A DNA stretch of 64,000 bases from Candidatus Altiarchaeales archaeon (GTDB lineage Archaea > Altiarchaeota > Altiarchaeia > IMC4 > SCGC-AAA252-I15): contig WJMO01000005.1 of the NCBI GenBank assembly GCA_014727915.1, forward strand, positions 1 through 64,000, given 5' to 3'. Shown one piece after another: positions 28,627-38,103 of this stretch (its first letter is position 1; every line of letters begins with the position of its first letter). The notes beneath the pieces were generated by a model, which did no database searches, was not told the origin of the DNA, and worked only from the letters and a program-made list of their open reading frames with translations. The translations under genes and the position numbers were made by a program.

Positions 28627-29204
28627 CCGGCCTCCGGCGCCGGCGATACGACGCCATACAGGTCAACATCCACCTTGGAGTGCAGGGCGTACTCGCTGTG
28701 GAAGACCTCCAAGACCCTGTCACTGGACACGGGCTCCAGCATCATAGCCTCGTCTAAGGGCCCAGGGCTCCTGCCGGTGCAGTCCTCAACAGCGTCCAAT
28801 ATGGCTTTCAACTCGCTGACCCCTATCAAGTCCACCACCTCGACCTGCTCCCTGAACCTCTTCAAACCATCGGCTGGGAGGTTCTCGATGAAGGGTATAG
28901 CGCTCTTCGCGCCTATCACCCTGTGATTGGAGTCCACGCCGTTACGGTGCAGGCAAATCAGGGCTTCCCCGCTCCTATGACCCCTGACTTCCGTCCCGCA
29001 CACTATTAGGAATCGTATGTTTCGGTTGGATATGACGTTGGCCACCACCTTCTCCACCCCGAGGTTCTCGGTCTTCATGCTACCGTACAATGCAACCTTG
29101 TCCAGGGGCAGGCTGAATTCCTCGCTTAGAGTGACGACAGCCACACAGGACATCCTGTCCCCTTCTGTGAACCGCCCACCCCACGGGTAAAGTCCATGGC
29201 ACAT
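28623..29204 (-). CDS. mtrA: Soluble MtrA-like corrinoid protein
   Basis: VAVVTL, KTENLGVEKVVANVISN.NIRFL, EVRGH (cobalt-ligating His), AIPFIENL; no C-terminal TM. Confidence 0.9.
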   Translation of the reverse strand: MCHGLYPWGGRFTEGDRMSCVAVVTLSEEFSLPLDKVALYGSMKTENLGVEKVVANVISNRNIRFLIVCGTEVRGHRSGEALICLHRNGVDSNHRVIGAKSAIPFIENLPADGLKRFREQVEVVDLIGVSELKAILDAVEDCTGRSPGPLDEAMMLEPVSSDRVLEVFHSEYALHSKVDVDLYGVVSPAPEAG

Positions 29205-29219
29205 GGTTGAATATTTAAC

Positions 29220-29624
29220 CTATCGTCTTATTAAACCGGCGTCCTCAAGGCTGACGGCTACTATCAATACGAGGCCGGTCACCGGCAGTAGCACCTCCTC
29301 CGTGTGGATGTAGATCATAACCAGGAACAATGCCGCAACCACCCTGTCACCCAGATAGTCAGCCCGCTCTCCCAACTCCGTCTCTGTTCCAGTGACCCTT
29401 GCCAGCGCCCCATCCATGAAATCCAACGTGAAGTATGTGAGTATCAGAACAGCGCTTAACGCCGGATTCCGGAACATCAGAAGAACGCCTGCGACCCCGC
29501 AGGGTATGGATGCTGCCGTGAGATGCAATGGCTTGACTCCCGTACTCCCGAGCAACCGCATCAGGGGTGCCAGCCACCTGTCGAGGAGGCTCAACTTGAA
29601 TCTCCTAAGCAGTCTGTACGGCAT
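29220..29624 (-). CDS. CDP-alcohol phosphatidyltransferase family protein (short)
   Basis: DFMDGALARVTGTETELGERADYLGD signature. Confidence 0.85.
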   Translation of the reverse strand: MPYRLLRRFKLSLLDRWLAPLMRLLGSTGVKPLHLTAASIPCGVAGVLLMFRNPALSAVLILTYFTLDFMDGALARVTGTETELGERADYLGDRVVAALFLVMIYIHTEEVLLPVTGLVLIVAVSLEDAGLIRR

Positions 29625-29651
29625 ATTATATAATATCTGGCAATAACTAAT

Positions 29652-30110
29652 ATGTTGGAATTCCTAAAACTCATAGTAAAAGACTATGGCCTGTTCGGGT
29701 TGTTGGTATCATCTTTCATGGGCTCGACCATATTCCTCCCCTTCTCGGTGGAGCTGACATTCCCCTTTCTCGTGAAGGCTGGGATGCCCCGCCTGGCAAT
29801 AATGTTCTTCGCAGCCTTGGGATCTCTCGGCGGAACGCTACTGAACTACTCGATAGGCAATAAGGGCATGAACTACGTCCTCAAATACACCAAACTGGAC
29901 GACGTCAACAGGGCCAAGAACCTGATGGACAGGTACGGTTGGGCGGGGTTGTTCATAGTGTTGGCCTTTCCCGTGCCGTTCCCCGTCGACCCTCTAACGC
30001 TTTTTTGCGGCGCAGCCAAGATGGAACCGAAGAGGTTCACAACCGTTGTTTTCACGGCAAAGCTGCTGAAATACGCCCTCACCTTGGGCGTGATCTCCAT
30101 AATCCTCTGA
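29652..30110 (+). CDS. YqaA/DedA (VTT domain) membrane protein
   Basis: LPFSVE, GSLGG..NY.IG, RYG, DP motifs. Confidence 0.85.
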   Translation: MLEFLKLIVKDYGLFGLLVSSFMGSTIFLPFSVELTFPFLVKAGMPRLAIMFFAALGSLGGTLLNYSIGNKGMNYVLKYTKLDDVNRAKNLMDRYGWAGLFIVLAFPVPFPVDPLTLFCGAAKMEPKRFTTVVFTAKLLKYALTLGVISIIL

Positions 30111-30150
30111 ACCGGCTTTAAATGGCGTTAATGCCAGTATTTAACCGAAG

Positions 30151-31917
30151 ATGCCTGTTGACCTGCCTGGCATAGACATCAAAGAGTATGGGGAGTTCAA
30201 GGCCATGGAGACCATGGGGAACGCCCTGGACCTGGTGGTCTCCAAGAAGATCGACACGAACCAGGCCTATAACCTAATATCCGTTGACTTGGACGAGCTG
30301 GCATGCATAACACGGGTCAGCCCTCAGAAGCTGCTGCAGGTACTCCTTAGGGAAGAGAAATACAATGCGCTGTTCGAGGGTATGCGGTCCCTCCTAAACC
30401 AGTCCTATGCGGGGGAGGTCGAACCCGATGTCCTTGAATCGCTCGTCCGCTCCACCTTCATACTCGACCGCCTGAAGGCATTGGCTAAGGAGTCTGGGAA
30501 ACCCCATAGGACTCTCTCTTTCCTAGCCTCTAAATTCAACGTGGAAGAGGAGGCTATAGCTCTCGTATCCCCCGGCACGGAATTCGTGGCTGAGGTGATG
30601 GACCGGCCGGAGAAGATAATAGAGGCTCTGAGGTTAACCCACAAGACATTTGGCATGGAATCCTCGGACATATACTCGGTTGCGATGGTGGCCACCACAG
30701 GCATGCTGGTCGGCGTCAGGGACTTTGAGGGCAGGCTCGCCGGAGTGGGAGAGTTCATATGCGACCGGAACGACAAATTCAACGTCTACAGGCTCTGTGT
30801 TTCCAAGGGCTTTGAGGGTCACCGGATATCAGAGACCATATTCAGGAAGGCGGTTGAACTCCACCCTGGCCGGACATTCTGGCTGACAGCCAGCGTTGAC
30901 GCCTCAGAACAGCTTATGATGTACTACGACAATGGATTCAAGATAGCCCGTCTTTTGAAGGACTACCTAGGTAGGGGAGTCCATCAGCTATACCTTGAAC
31001 GGAAGCCCGGGCAGGAAATTCTCATGGGCGGCCTGGAAGTAGAGGCTTCATTCAACCCTGACAGGGGCTCATACCTGATGGATGCGTCAGCCGACTTGGA
31101 CTTCGAGGACGTGCTGAATAACCACGGGTTCACCTTGGTGCAGTGGGATGTGGTCGGGGAGAGGATGTGGGTTCTTGAACGCGGTGACCTCCCGGCAACG
31201 GAGTCCAGGCGCATAAAGCTCCCGAAACCTTTTGGGAACCTGCACTTCGCCATTGCCGAATCCCCTTTGGACCTTGAAGCAACCTGCCTGGCGGAGAGGG
31301 AGATGTGGGGTGCGAAAGCCCTCAAAGAGAATGCAGTCTACCATATAGGCCACAGTGGCATGATACTCCTTGCAAAGGACGGGAACGGGGATATCGCAGC
31401 CGACTCCCCACTGGTCTTCGACGTAGAGGGCGGGATATACAGCCATGGCATCGGCGTTAAAGACGGCCTTGACAAGATCGAGGTTACAGACGCGGTGATG
31501 GCGTGCATAGAGGATATCGCCCGCCAGCTCGGCAAAACCACCGTGTGGACCACGGCGGAGACCGACAACCTACAGTGCGTCCTGGTAACCCTAAACAGGA
31601 GGGGATACTCTGGGAGGAAGATATACCTGAAATACTATGGCGTCGGCGAGAACAGGATGGTCATATCCAAAGACCTCGCAGGAGAACCGGCGGAAGAGCC
31701 AGAATGGATAGGTTCGCCGCTCATACGAGAGTACCGGGAATTCAAAGATAAACAGAGCCTCCTTGACACCTTCATGGTCAGCTCCCAGGACTACACACTT
31801 ATCGCTAAGATTCTCGAATCTGGCTACAGGGTATCCTATGCTGTAACGCCAGAAAAATATCTCGAGCACTATGGTTCCACAGTGAACCACCCATTATGCG
31901 TCCTGGTCCGGGACTAG
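30151..31917 (+). CDS. Tandem GNAT-domain protein
   Basis: Two homologous RimI-like units (LCVSKGFEGHRI...YYDNGF...KDYLG; HGIGV...RRGY...KYYG). Confidence 0.7.
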   Translation: MPVDLPGIDIKEYGEFKAMETMGNALDLVVSKKIDTNQAYNLISVDLDELACITRVSPQKLLQVLLREEKYNALFEGMRSLLNQSYAGEVEPDVLESLVRSTFILDRLKALAKESGKPHRTLSFLASKFNVEEEAIALVSPGTEFVAEVMDRPEKIIEALRLTHKTFGMESSDIYSVAMVATTGMLVGVRDFEGRLAGVGEFICDRNDKFNVYRLCVSKGFEGHRISETIFRKAVELHPGRTFWLTASVDASEQLMMYYDNGFKIARLLKDYLGRGVHQLYLERKPGQEILMGGLEVEASFNPDRGSYLMDASADLDFEDVLNNHGFTLVQWDVVGERMWVLERGDLPATESRRIKLPKPFGNLHFAIAESPLDLEATCLAEREMWGAKALKENAVYHIGHSGMILLAKDGNGDIAADSPLVFDVEGGIYSHGIGVKDGLDKIEVTDAVMACIEDIARQLGKTTVWTTAETDNLQCVLVTLNRRGYSGRKIYLKYYGVGENRMVISKDLAGEPAEEPEWIGSPLIREYREFKDKQSLLDTFMVSSQDYTLIAKILESGYRVSYAVTPEKYLEHYGSTVNHPLCVLVRD

Positions 31918-32660
31918 TCTTGCCTGCCCTGTTTTAGCTTGATTATCATATATGCCATGTCCTTTCCCGTCCTCTCATAGCCTCCGGGGTGGATTTTTAT
32001 GCTGGCATCATGTCTTTTATAGAATTTATGCGGCGGCGAATCTATGAGGGCTCTGCCGCTGAAGAACTCGTAGGCCCCGTCTTCGGGGAAATTCCCGCTC
32101 TCCAGCACCTCCACCAGACGGTCTAAGAGCAGATATGACAGCCGGTGCCCCCGGTGGTTCTCAACGACTGCAAGCCCCGCACCATAGAATGTGTTGCCTT
32201 TTCCATATCCTGGGTCTTCGGGGACTTTCTCAAGCGAGCTGAAGTATGGCTTCTCTATGGGTCCTCCGAAGAGGAAACCAACGAGTTCCTTGCCTCTCTC
32301 CAAAACCAGGACCATCGAACGCGGGTCTTCGAACATGTCTTTCACACTGTCCTCGGTGTACGTGTATGGGCCTCCAAACCTCCTTTCAAGCTCCATGAAG
32401 CTATCCTTTATCAAAGGCCAATCATCGGATCCCACGTCGCGTATGACCACCCACCCGAGGTTCTTGCCCATCGACCTTCCAAGACGGTCTACCATCCTGT
32501 CGGTCGCGTCCACGTCCAAACCCAACCCAGGGTCTGCCCATGATCTAAGAATCCCGTCGTTGGGTGGCATGTTCTTAGGCTCTAGCCATTGGATCTCCCG
32601 GCCTGCATCCAGGTCTGCAACCAAAAGACGACGCCTACCCTCTCCGTGTGAAGACCCCAT
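31914..32660 (-). CDS. GNAT family acetyltransferase
   Basis: LVGFLFG, LAVVENHRGHRLS (motif A), FYKRH. Confidence 0.8.
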   Translation of the reverse strand: MGSSHGEGRRRLLVADLDAGREIQWLEPKNMPPNDGILRSWADPGLGLDVDATDRMVDRLGRSMGKNLGWVVIRDVGSDDWPLIKDSFMELERRFGGPYTYTEDSVKDMFEDPRSMVLVLERGKELVGFLFGGPIEKPYFSSLEKVPEDPGYGKGNTFYGAGLAVVENHRGHRLSYLLLDRLVEVLESGNFPEDGAYEFFSGRALIDSPPHKFYKRHDASIKIHPGGYERTGKDMAYMIIKLKQGRQD

Positions 32661-32756
32661 ATGTTAAAAAATCATCCAATATTAAATTAAATACTTTGTC
32701 CAAGCCCAAGTGGCTGTTGGCTTGGGTGACCTTCTTCTCCGAGGCTGCAACCATAT

Positions 32757-32833
32757 AAAAAAACATGGAGAAACCAGATCAACTATCAGACAGACCAGGC
32801 GGTAGTATATGGTGGTTCTCCTCTTTTTTTTTT
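32757..32833. terminator. Possible bidirectional terminator downstream of tRNA
   Basis: Imperfect stem GGAGAAACCA/TGGTTCTCC flanked by an A-run and a T10 run. Confidence 0.35.
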
Positions 32834-32857
32834 AGGGTGTTGGTGAATGGGCTCAAG

Positions 32858-32931
32858 CGGACCCGCTGGGATTCGAACCCAGGTCCGGGGATCCGAAGTC
32901 CCCAAGGATATCCAGACTACCCTACGGGCCC
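32858..32931 (-). tRNA. tRNA-Arg(TCG)
   Basis: Reverse complement GGGCCCGTAGGGTAGTCTGGATATCCTTGGGGACTTCGGATCCCCGGACCTGGGTTCGAATCCCAGCGGGTCCG folds to a cloverleaf; anticodon loop CT-TCG-GA; no intron; CCA not encoded. Confidence 0.95.
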
Positions 32932-33000
32932 AATCGCTTTTTGTGTTTTATGATAAGGCTTAGGTTGATTAAAAGCATGTTCCTCTTCTTTCTCTTGTTT

Positions 33001-33348
33001 TTAGGGGTTTGTTATTCCGCAGGTTCCTATGGTAGTCATCGATATTATCCATATCGCGGATTGTACCAATATCAATCCGACAAACGCGTGTATTATTCCT
33101 GATTTTGCCGCTTTCCTCAGGGCGGGGTCTTCAGCGGACCCTATCCATTTCAGGCCTTGGATTGTCACCACCAGCACTGCGACCCCTCCTGAGATGGAAT
33201 ATAGCAGCCAGTGGATGTTGGAGAGCACGTTGCATATGACCTCTTTGGCGCTTTGGGCTCCGCTGCTCTGGGCCATTACGGCTCCGAGGTTCAGCATCAT
33301 TGCTATTGTGAAAATTCCCATCCCCCTAATCGCTTCCGCAGGCTTCAT
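33001..33348 (-). CDS. TrbC/VirB2-like pilin
   Basis: Signal peptide, then two hydrophobic helices separated by GLKWIGSAEDPALRKAAK; SD GGGTGAG before ATG 33348. Confidence 0.7.
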   Translation of the reverse strand: MKPAEAIRGMGIFTIAMMLNLGAVMAQSSGAQSAKEVICNVLSNIHWLLYSISGGVAVLVVTIQGLKWIGSAEDPALRKAAKSGIIHAFVGLILVQSAIWIISMTTIGTCGITNP

Positions 33349-33418
33349 ATACTCACCCAAACAACACACTTCATGTACATTGTTCCACTATCTTAGGGTG
33401 TTTTTGGGTTAATAAACC

Positions 33419-33838
33419 TTAAGGCTTCAATTTTTCGGCTTTATTCCTCTCTGGGTCACCGAGCAGGTCTCGGTTGTGCTCTTCCCTGGGCAGCTGATAA
33501 TAGAACATGTTCCTTATCACCGACATTAGGATCATCCCTGACATAAGCCCAAAACTCAGGCCTGCACCCATTTCACCCCCTAATAGGCTCTTAAGGTAAT
33601 GGGTCAGTGTCCTGGCTAATACTATGAACAACAGGGGGTTGACCATTGCAGCAGCTATCATGCCCTCTTCTAGGCCCAGCCTGCGAACATAGAACCTGTA
33701 GAGGGGGCTGGTGTCTTCGTTTATCCAATTGGGGAAACCGAATCCCCTGACCTTCCTGAAGCAGAGATAGGTGACGAGGACATCGCACCAGACCATCAAC
33801 GTTAATAAAAGATGTAGGAGGGTGTATTCCATCATCAA
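33419..33838 (-). CDS. Hypothetical membrane protein
   Basis: ~3 TM helices with D..T and E..P pattern (DUF5658-like). Confidence 0.6.
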   Translation of the reverse strand: MMMEYTLLHLLLTLMVWCDVLVTYLCFRKVRGFGFPNWINEDTSPLYRFYVRRLGLEEGMIAAAMVNPLLFIVLARTLTHYLKSLLGGEMGAGLSFGLMSGMILMSVIRNMFYYQLPREEHNRDLLGDPERNKAEKLKP

Positions 33839-33905
33839 CTGAATCCACTCCAGAATTAATAAATGACCAAGAACATTTTTTTCCCGTGATTCTCAATTCT
33901 TCATT

Positions 33906-35132
33906 ATGTCACTGTCAGATCCTGCCCGGGCGGTTCTGGAATCTAATGACGTAGACGGCTCTAGCACTCGTCCCAGCCCCCGCCTCTATCCCCACCAGTG
34001 GCTTTGGGACTCCTGTTTCATCGCAGTCGGCTACTCCCACTTCAACGTGTCCAGGGCCAAGCGGGAGATTTTAAGCGCTCTTGGGGGCCAGTGGGAGAAT
34101 GGCATGATACCCCATATAAGATTCAACCCTGAGGTGAGGGACTACTTCCCCTCGCCGGGTGATTGGGGTGTACCGGACGGGAAAATGACCTCCGGCATAA
34201 CCCAGCCGCCAATGCCGGCCATCGCAGCATGGGAGATATTCCGGCGAGACAGGGACCGTTCCTTCCTGGAGAAAGTGCATGGCAGCCTCTGCAGCTACCA
34301 CGAATACCTACACAGTGAACGAGGCGGAGAAGTCCTGTTCATAGTACACCCTTGGGAGAGCGGCATGGATAACTCCCCGATATTCGACAGCGCTTTGCAG
34401 AGGATTGAAGTCGATGACACGCTTGAATATTTGAGGATGGACCGAGACCTGGTGGATGAGGCTCAAAGGCCTGTGAAGGAGCACTATGACCGGTACATGC
34501 AACTGCTGAAGACTTTCCAGGAGTTTGAATACGACATTGGAGATATCAGGCGGAATTCTGACTTCATATTCGAGGATGTGCTTTTCAACTCCATATGGTC
34601 CCGTGCCAACCAAGACTTGGCGAGGATATGCAGGGAGGTCGGAGAGGATGGTGCGGAATATAGTGAATGGTGTGAAAGGACCAATGAGGAAATGGCCCGC
34701 CGGGAATTCAGATGCTACGACGCAAAATCAGAGGAGTATGTTGAAAAGCTGAGCTGCGCGGCCATAATGCCATTGTATGCCGACGCTGTTGAAAAAGACG
34801 ACCTGGCTGGTGTCCTGTCGTCGATTGACGCCCTAACCCTAGAGCACCCAATCTGCTCATATGGGCCCGGCCAGCCCGAGTTCGACCCTTCCTGCTACTG
34901 GCGCGGACCCGTATGGGTCAACATAAACTGGTTCCTCATAAGGGGCCTGCTGGACTACGGATTAAACGACCTGGCACGGGAAATCACAGGCAAGACGCTT
35001 AAGATGATAGGGGAAAACGGTTTCCGAGAATACTACAATCCGCTCTCAGGTGAAGGCTATGGTGGTGATAGGTTCAGCTGGACGGCAGCATTATGCATAG
35101 ATATCGAAAAGTCGATGGTGAACGGCATATGA
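33906..35132 (+). CDS. GH63/MGH1-like glycoside hydrolase
   Basis: YPHQWLWDSCF, SGITQPP, HPWESGMDNSP, YWRGPVW, EYYNP, FSWTAA. Confidence 0.9.
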   Translation: MSLSDPARAVLESNDVDGSSTRPSPRLYPHQWLWDSCFIAVGYSHFNVSRAKREILSALGGQWENGMIPHIRFNPEVRDYFPSPGDWGVPDGKMTSGITQPPMPAIAAWEIFRRDRDRSFLEKVHGSLCSYHEYLHSERGGEVLFIVHPWESGMDNSPIFDSALQRIEVDDTLEYLRMDRDLVDEAQRPVKEHYDRYMQLLKTFQEFEYDIGDIRRNSDFIFEDVLFNSIWSRANQDLARICREVGEDGAEYSEWCERTNEEMARREFRCYDAKSEEYVEKLSCAAIMPLYADAVEKDDLAGVLSSIDALTLEHPICSYGPGQPEFDPSCYWRGPVWVNINWFLIRGLLDYGLNDLAREITGKTLKMIGENGFREYYNPLSGEGYGGDRFSWTAALCIDIEKSMVNGI

Positions 35133-35168
35133 TTAAATATACCCAATGAGCCTAATATTATCCTGATA

Positions 35169-36185
35169 ATGCTTCCTATGCGATACTATGTTGCTCTGAT
35201 AATCGTGGTGGCATCTCTCATATTGTACTATGTCTCATGGCCTCTCGGTTTTTTGGAAGTTATTTCACCCCCGCCGGTGGCAGACCTCTTCATAAAAGAC
35301 CCTGGGAATCCCCTCGACCTTCCATACGGGCCTGCCTCTGGCTGTCTACACCCAGATGTTAAATACTTCCCTGAAGGACGATCCGGGTACAGGTTCTGGA
35401 TGTACTACACACCATGGCCCCCCGACTCTGCCGAATACCCATACCTCGCCCGTTCAAACGATACCGTCAATTTCACATCAGAAGATGTGGTGAACCCCCT
35501 GTTCACCCCTGGCACGCCTGGCAGCTGGGATGACAGCTACCTGGCCGACGTGGATGTTATGCTAGTGAACGACACCTGGATGATGTACTATGCCGGGTGC
35601 TCCTCGGATCAGTGCAGCATAGGCCTCGCGCTTTCTGGCGATGGCGTAAACTGGCGGAAATACCGTTCAAACCCCGTGATCCCTGAACCGTCAGTAGAGC
35701 CGACAGTCGTCCTGGCGGATGGATCGTACCACATGTGGTACTCATGCAACAAAAAATCCCTGATAGTCTCTGCACTATCCAAGATGAAAATAATCAAGAA
35801 CATGTTTGTCTGCTATGCAACCTCTGAGGATGGCATTAGCTGGGATAGACACGGGACCGTGGACATACCACCGACCTACTATAACATCCATGCGAACGTG
35901 GTCTTTGATGATGGAACCTTCCATATGATGAGGCGCGCCCGCGACGGCATCAGCCTAGCATACTACACTTCAGAGGACGGAATTGACTGGGAACTACAGG
36001 GTTACGTACTATCCCCCTCACCCGAAGAAAGGCAGATATATCGCTCGTCTCAGCTGGAGAGCCCTCTCTCAGACGACTGGGTCGAACTGGACGGCAGCAG
36101 AATAATCTATTACTCATACCTTAACTTCACCGAACCAGGTTTTAACACCCCGCGCATAGGACTCGCAATAGAGGATACAGTTTGA
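35169..36185 (+). CDS. Membrane-anchored five-bladed beta-propeller glycoside hydrolase-like protein
   Basis: N-terminal TM; repeated MYY/MWY...SxDGxxW blades. Confidence 0.75.
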   Translation: MLPMRYYVALIIVVASLILYYVSWPLGFLEVISPPPVADLFIKDPGNPLDLPYGPASGCLHPDVKYFPEGRSGYRFWMYYTPWPPDSAEYPYLARSNDTVNFTSEDVVNPLFTPGTPGSWDDSYLADVDVMLVNDTWMMYYAGCSSDQCSIGLALSGDGVNWRKYRSNPVIPEPSVEPTVVLADGSYHMWYSCNKKSLIVSALSKMKIIKNMFVCYATSEDGISWDRHGTVDIPPTYYNIHANVVFDDGTFHMMRRARDGISLAYYTSEDGIDWELQGYVLSPSPEERQIYRSSQLESPLSDDWVELDGSRIIYYSYLNFTEPGFNTPRIGLAIEDTV

Positions 36186-36233
36186 AACGTCTTTAATGTG
36201 TATCTTTTAACCGCCCAATACCAGAAATGATTC

Positions 36234-37088
36234 ATGACGGATCCCTCCTCGTCCATAGTTCCGGGGTTGGTGGATTTCATCTCACAGATGCCTTCGAAGG
36301 TCACATCCGGCGACCTGCTTGCGGTATCCCTTGTCCTGATATCCATCTACCTCCTGGTCTACTTGATAAACAAGCTCACCGGGCTGATAATATTCCTACT
36401 CAAGAAGGTATTCCTCCTGGTGATCGTCCTACTGGCATTCTACAGGTTCATGGAGGATTTCATGACGAAGGTGGGGGCTGAGGGCTTCACCCAAGACAAC
36501 CTAGTGCTCGGGGTGGCGGGCACATTTGTGGGTTTCATAGCCACTGCCATAGCACTCTACGCCGCCCTATCCTCGCTGAAGGACATACACATATCACGAA
36601 CCGATGGTAAGAAGAAAGAGGAAGAGGAGGTTGGAGCGGAGCCTGAAGAGGTCGAAAGCGAGAAGAAAGAGATGAAACCAGGCAAGGAAGACTCTGGGCT
36701 CGGATTAAGCAATCTGTTGTCTGTCCAATCGCTGAAGAGCGACCGCCACCTCGGCGCAGTATTGGCCTACCTGGTGATCGCCGAGTTCGGGGTGTTCTCA
36801 TCCAAGACCATGGCCGCCCCCACACCCGCGGTCGGAGTCGGGTTCTTCGCGGTCTTCATGGTGGCTGCGCTTTTCTTCATACGCCAGAGCTACAGCGACT
36901 ACATGAAGGGGCTCCGTCACCTGGGAGCAGCAATCCTATTCGGCGGAATCCTCTCCCTGATACTGGGGCACTTCTGGGGGGGCTATCCTCTCGAAAAGCT
37001 ACTGTCAACAGCCTATTTCGCAACCGACTCACTGGTAGCCCTTGTTACCGGGCTTTCAGTGAGCCTTTTCATGGGAAGCAGAAGCTAA
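36234..37088 (+). CDS. Hypothetical membrane protein
   Basis: ~7 TM helices with a charged central loop. Confidence 0.75.
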   Translation: MTDPSSSIVPGLVDFISQMPSKVTSGDLLAVSLVLISIYLLVYLINKLTGLIIFLLKKVFLLVIVLLAFYRFMEDFMTKVGAEGFTQDNLVLGVAGTFVGFIATAIALYAALSSLKDIHISRTDGKKKEEEEVGAEPEEVESEKKEMKPGKEDSGLGLSNLLSVQSLKSDRHLGAVLAYLVIAEFGVFSSKTMAAPTPAVGVGFFAVFMVAALFFIRQSYSDYMKGLRHLGAAILFGGILSLILGHFWGGYPLEKLLSTAYFATDSLVALVTGLSVSLFMGSRS

Positions 37089-37700
37089 AACCTTTTTATC
37101 CTCTTTGCTGAGCAGGCGGGCTTCCAACAGTATCAGCGGCAGGGACGCTATTACCGCAATCACGAAAAGGAAAACAGTCAGCGACATAATCCCCACCAGG
37201 ACGTTCAATCCCCCGACAGTCTTGAACAGCTTGTTATCCCGGGCTCTCCAGACCCCAACACCAAAGGCTAATGAGGTGATGCCCGAGACTATGGCGCCAA
37301 CAAGGTAGGATGCCATGTAGAAGGTGTTGGTGTGGCTGCTTCCCATCCAAAAAAGGAGTTCGCCGACTATCTCGAAACCCATGGCGATCATCGAGGACAA
37401 TACCGCCATTGCAGAAGCGTAACCCAGCAACCTGCTCTTGCACTCCAATCCCAACTTCATGAAACCTGTGATGGCAACCGAGTAGACGACGAAGGTCACA
37501 GGCGCGAACAACGCCATCAACAGCGAGAAATTCCTGTAAGCGTCCGGGGAGTCCCCCCTCTCATAGCTGACATAAAAAGACACTGGCAACAGTATAAGGT
37601 ACAATATAAACGTCAGATAGTATGCCCTGACGCTGACGCTGAACGGAAAATCCCGTAGCACCCCATCAACGTGCTTTCCGAACAGGCTGGAACCGCCCAT
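37056..37700 (-). CDS. Hypothetical membrane protein
   Basis: ~6 TM helices; converges on and overlaps the neighbouring gene end. Confidence 0.65.
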   Translation of the reverse strand: MGGSSLFGKHVDGVLRDFPFSVSVRAYYLTFILYLILLPVSFYVSYERGDSPDAYRNFSLLMALFAPVTFVVYSVAITGFMKLGLECKSRLLGYASAMAVLSSMIAMGFEIVGELLFWMGSSHTNTFYMASYLVGAIVSGITSLAFGVGVWRARDNKLFKTVGGLNVLVGIMSLTVFLFVIAVIASLPLILLEARLLSKEDKKVLASASHEKAH

Positions 37701-37737
37701 GATTTACTTCTCTCAATCCACGGTTAAAAAGCCAATT

Positions 37738-38103
37738 TCACCTGTTTTCTGTGCTGTCCAGTGGAACGCCACGATATGACATGATTCCCTCACATCCACT
37801 GCTTTCCCCCCTTATGAACTTTCTCGCTGCATCCTCGCCCAACTCCTTCATATCCGCCGACCGGAACAGCAGCTGGATTCCATGTACCGTGGGCTTTCCA
37901 CCTCTCATAACCTGCAACCCCAGGGAATCCAACCTCATGCCCTCCAAGTCCTCCTTCAAACAGTCTTCGGATGTTATCCAGAGGTCGCCGCCCATGCCAA
38001 GGCACACATAACCCTCCAAAACCCTTGAGTCCACGCCATAGTCTCTAGTCCAGGACTCTACTATCCTCTTCTTCTCCTTGCTGTTTAGTATCTTCAACAT
38101 CAT
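37738..38103 (-). CDS. NIP7/RsmF C-terminal-like accessory protein
   Basis: Start MMLKILNSKEKK overlaps the stop of the m5C MTase; LGL...KPTVHGIQL...A.KFIRGE pattern. Confidence 0.6.
   Translation of the reverse strand: MMLKILNSKEKKRIVESWTRDYGVDSRVLEGYVCLGMGGDLWITSEDCLKEDLEGMRLDSLGLQVMRGGKPTVHGIQLLFRSADMKELGEDAARKFIRGESSGCEGIMSYRGVPLDSTENR

Noticed and set aside
27691-29204. Evidence for methanogenesis (Mtr complex)
   Set aside because: Only A and H homologues are present, MtrA has no membrane anchor, and the pair is coupled to a methionine synthase.
30151-37700. tRNA-anchored integrated element
   Set aside because: Accessory-looking genes flank tRNA-Arg, but I found no integrase and no duplicated tRNA 3' end.
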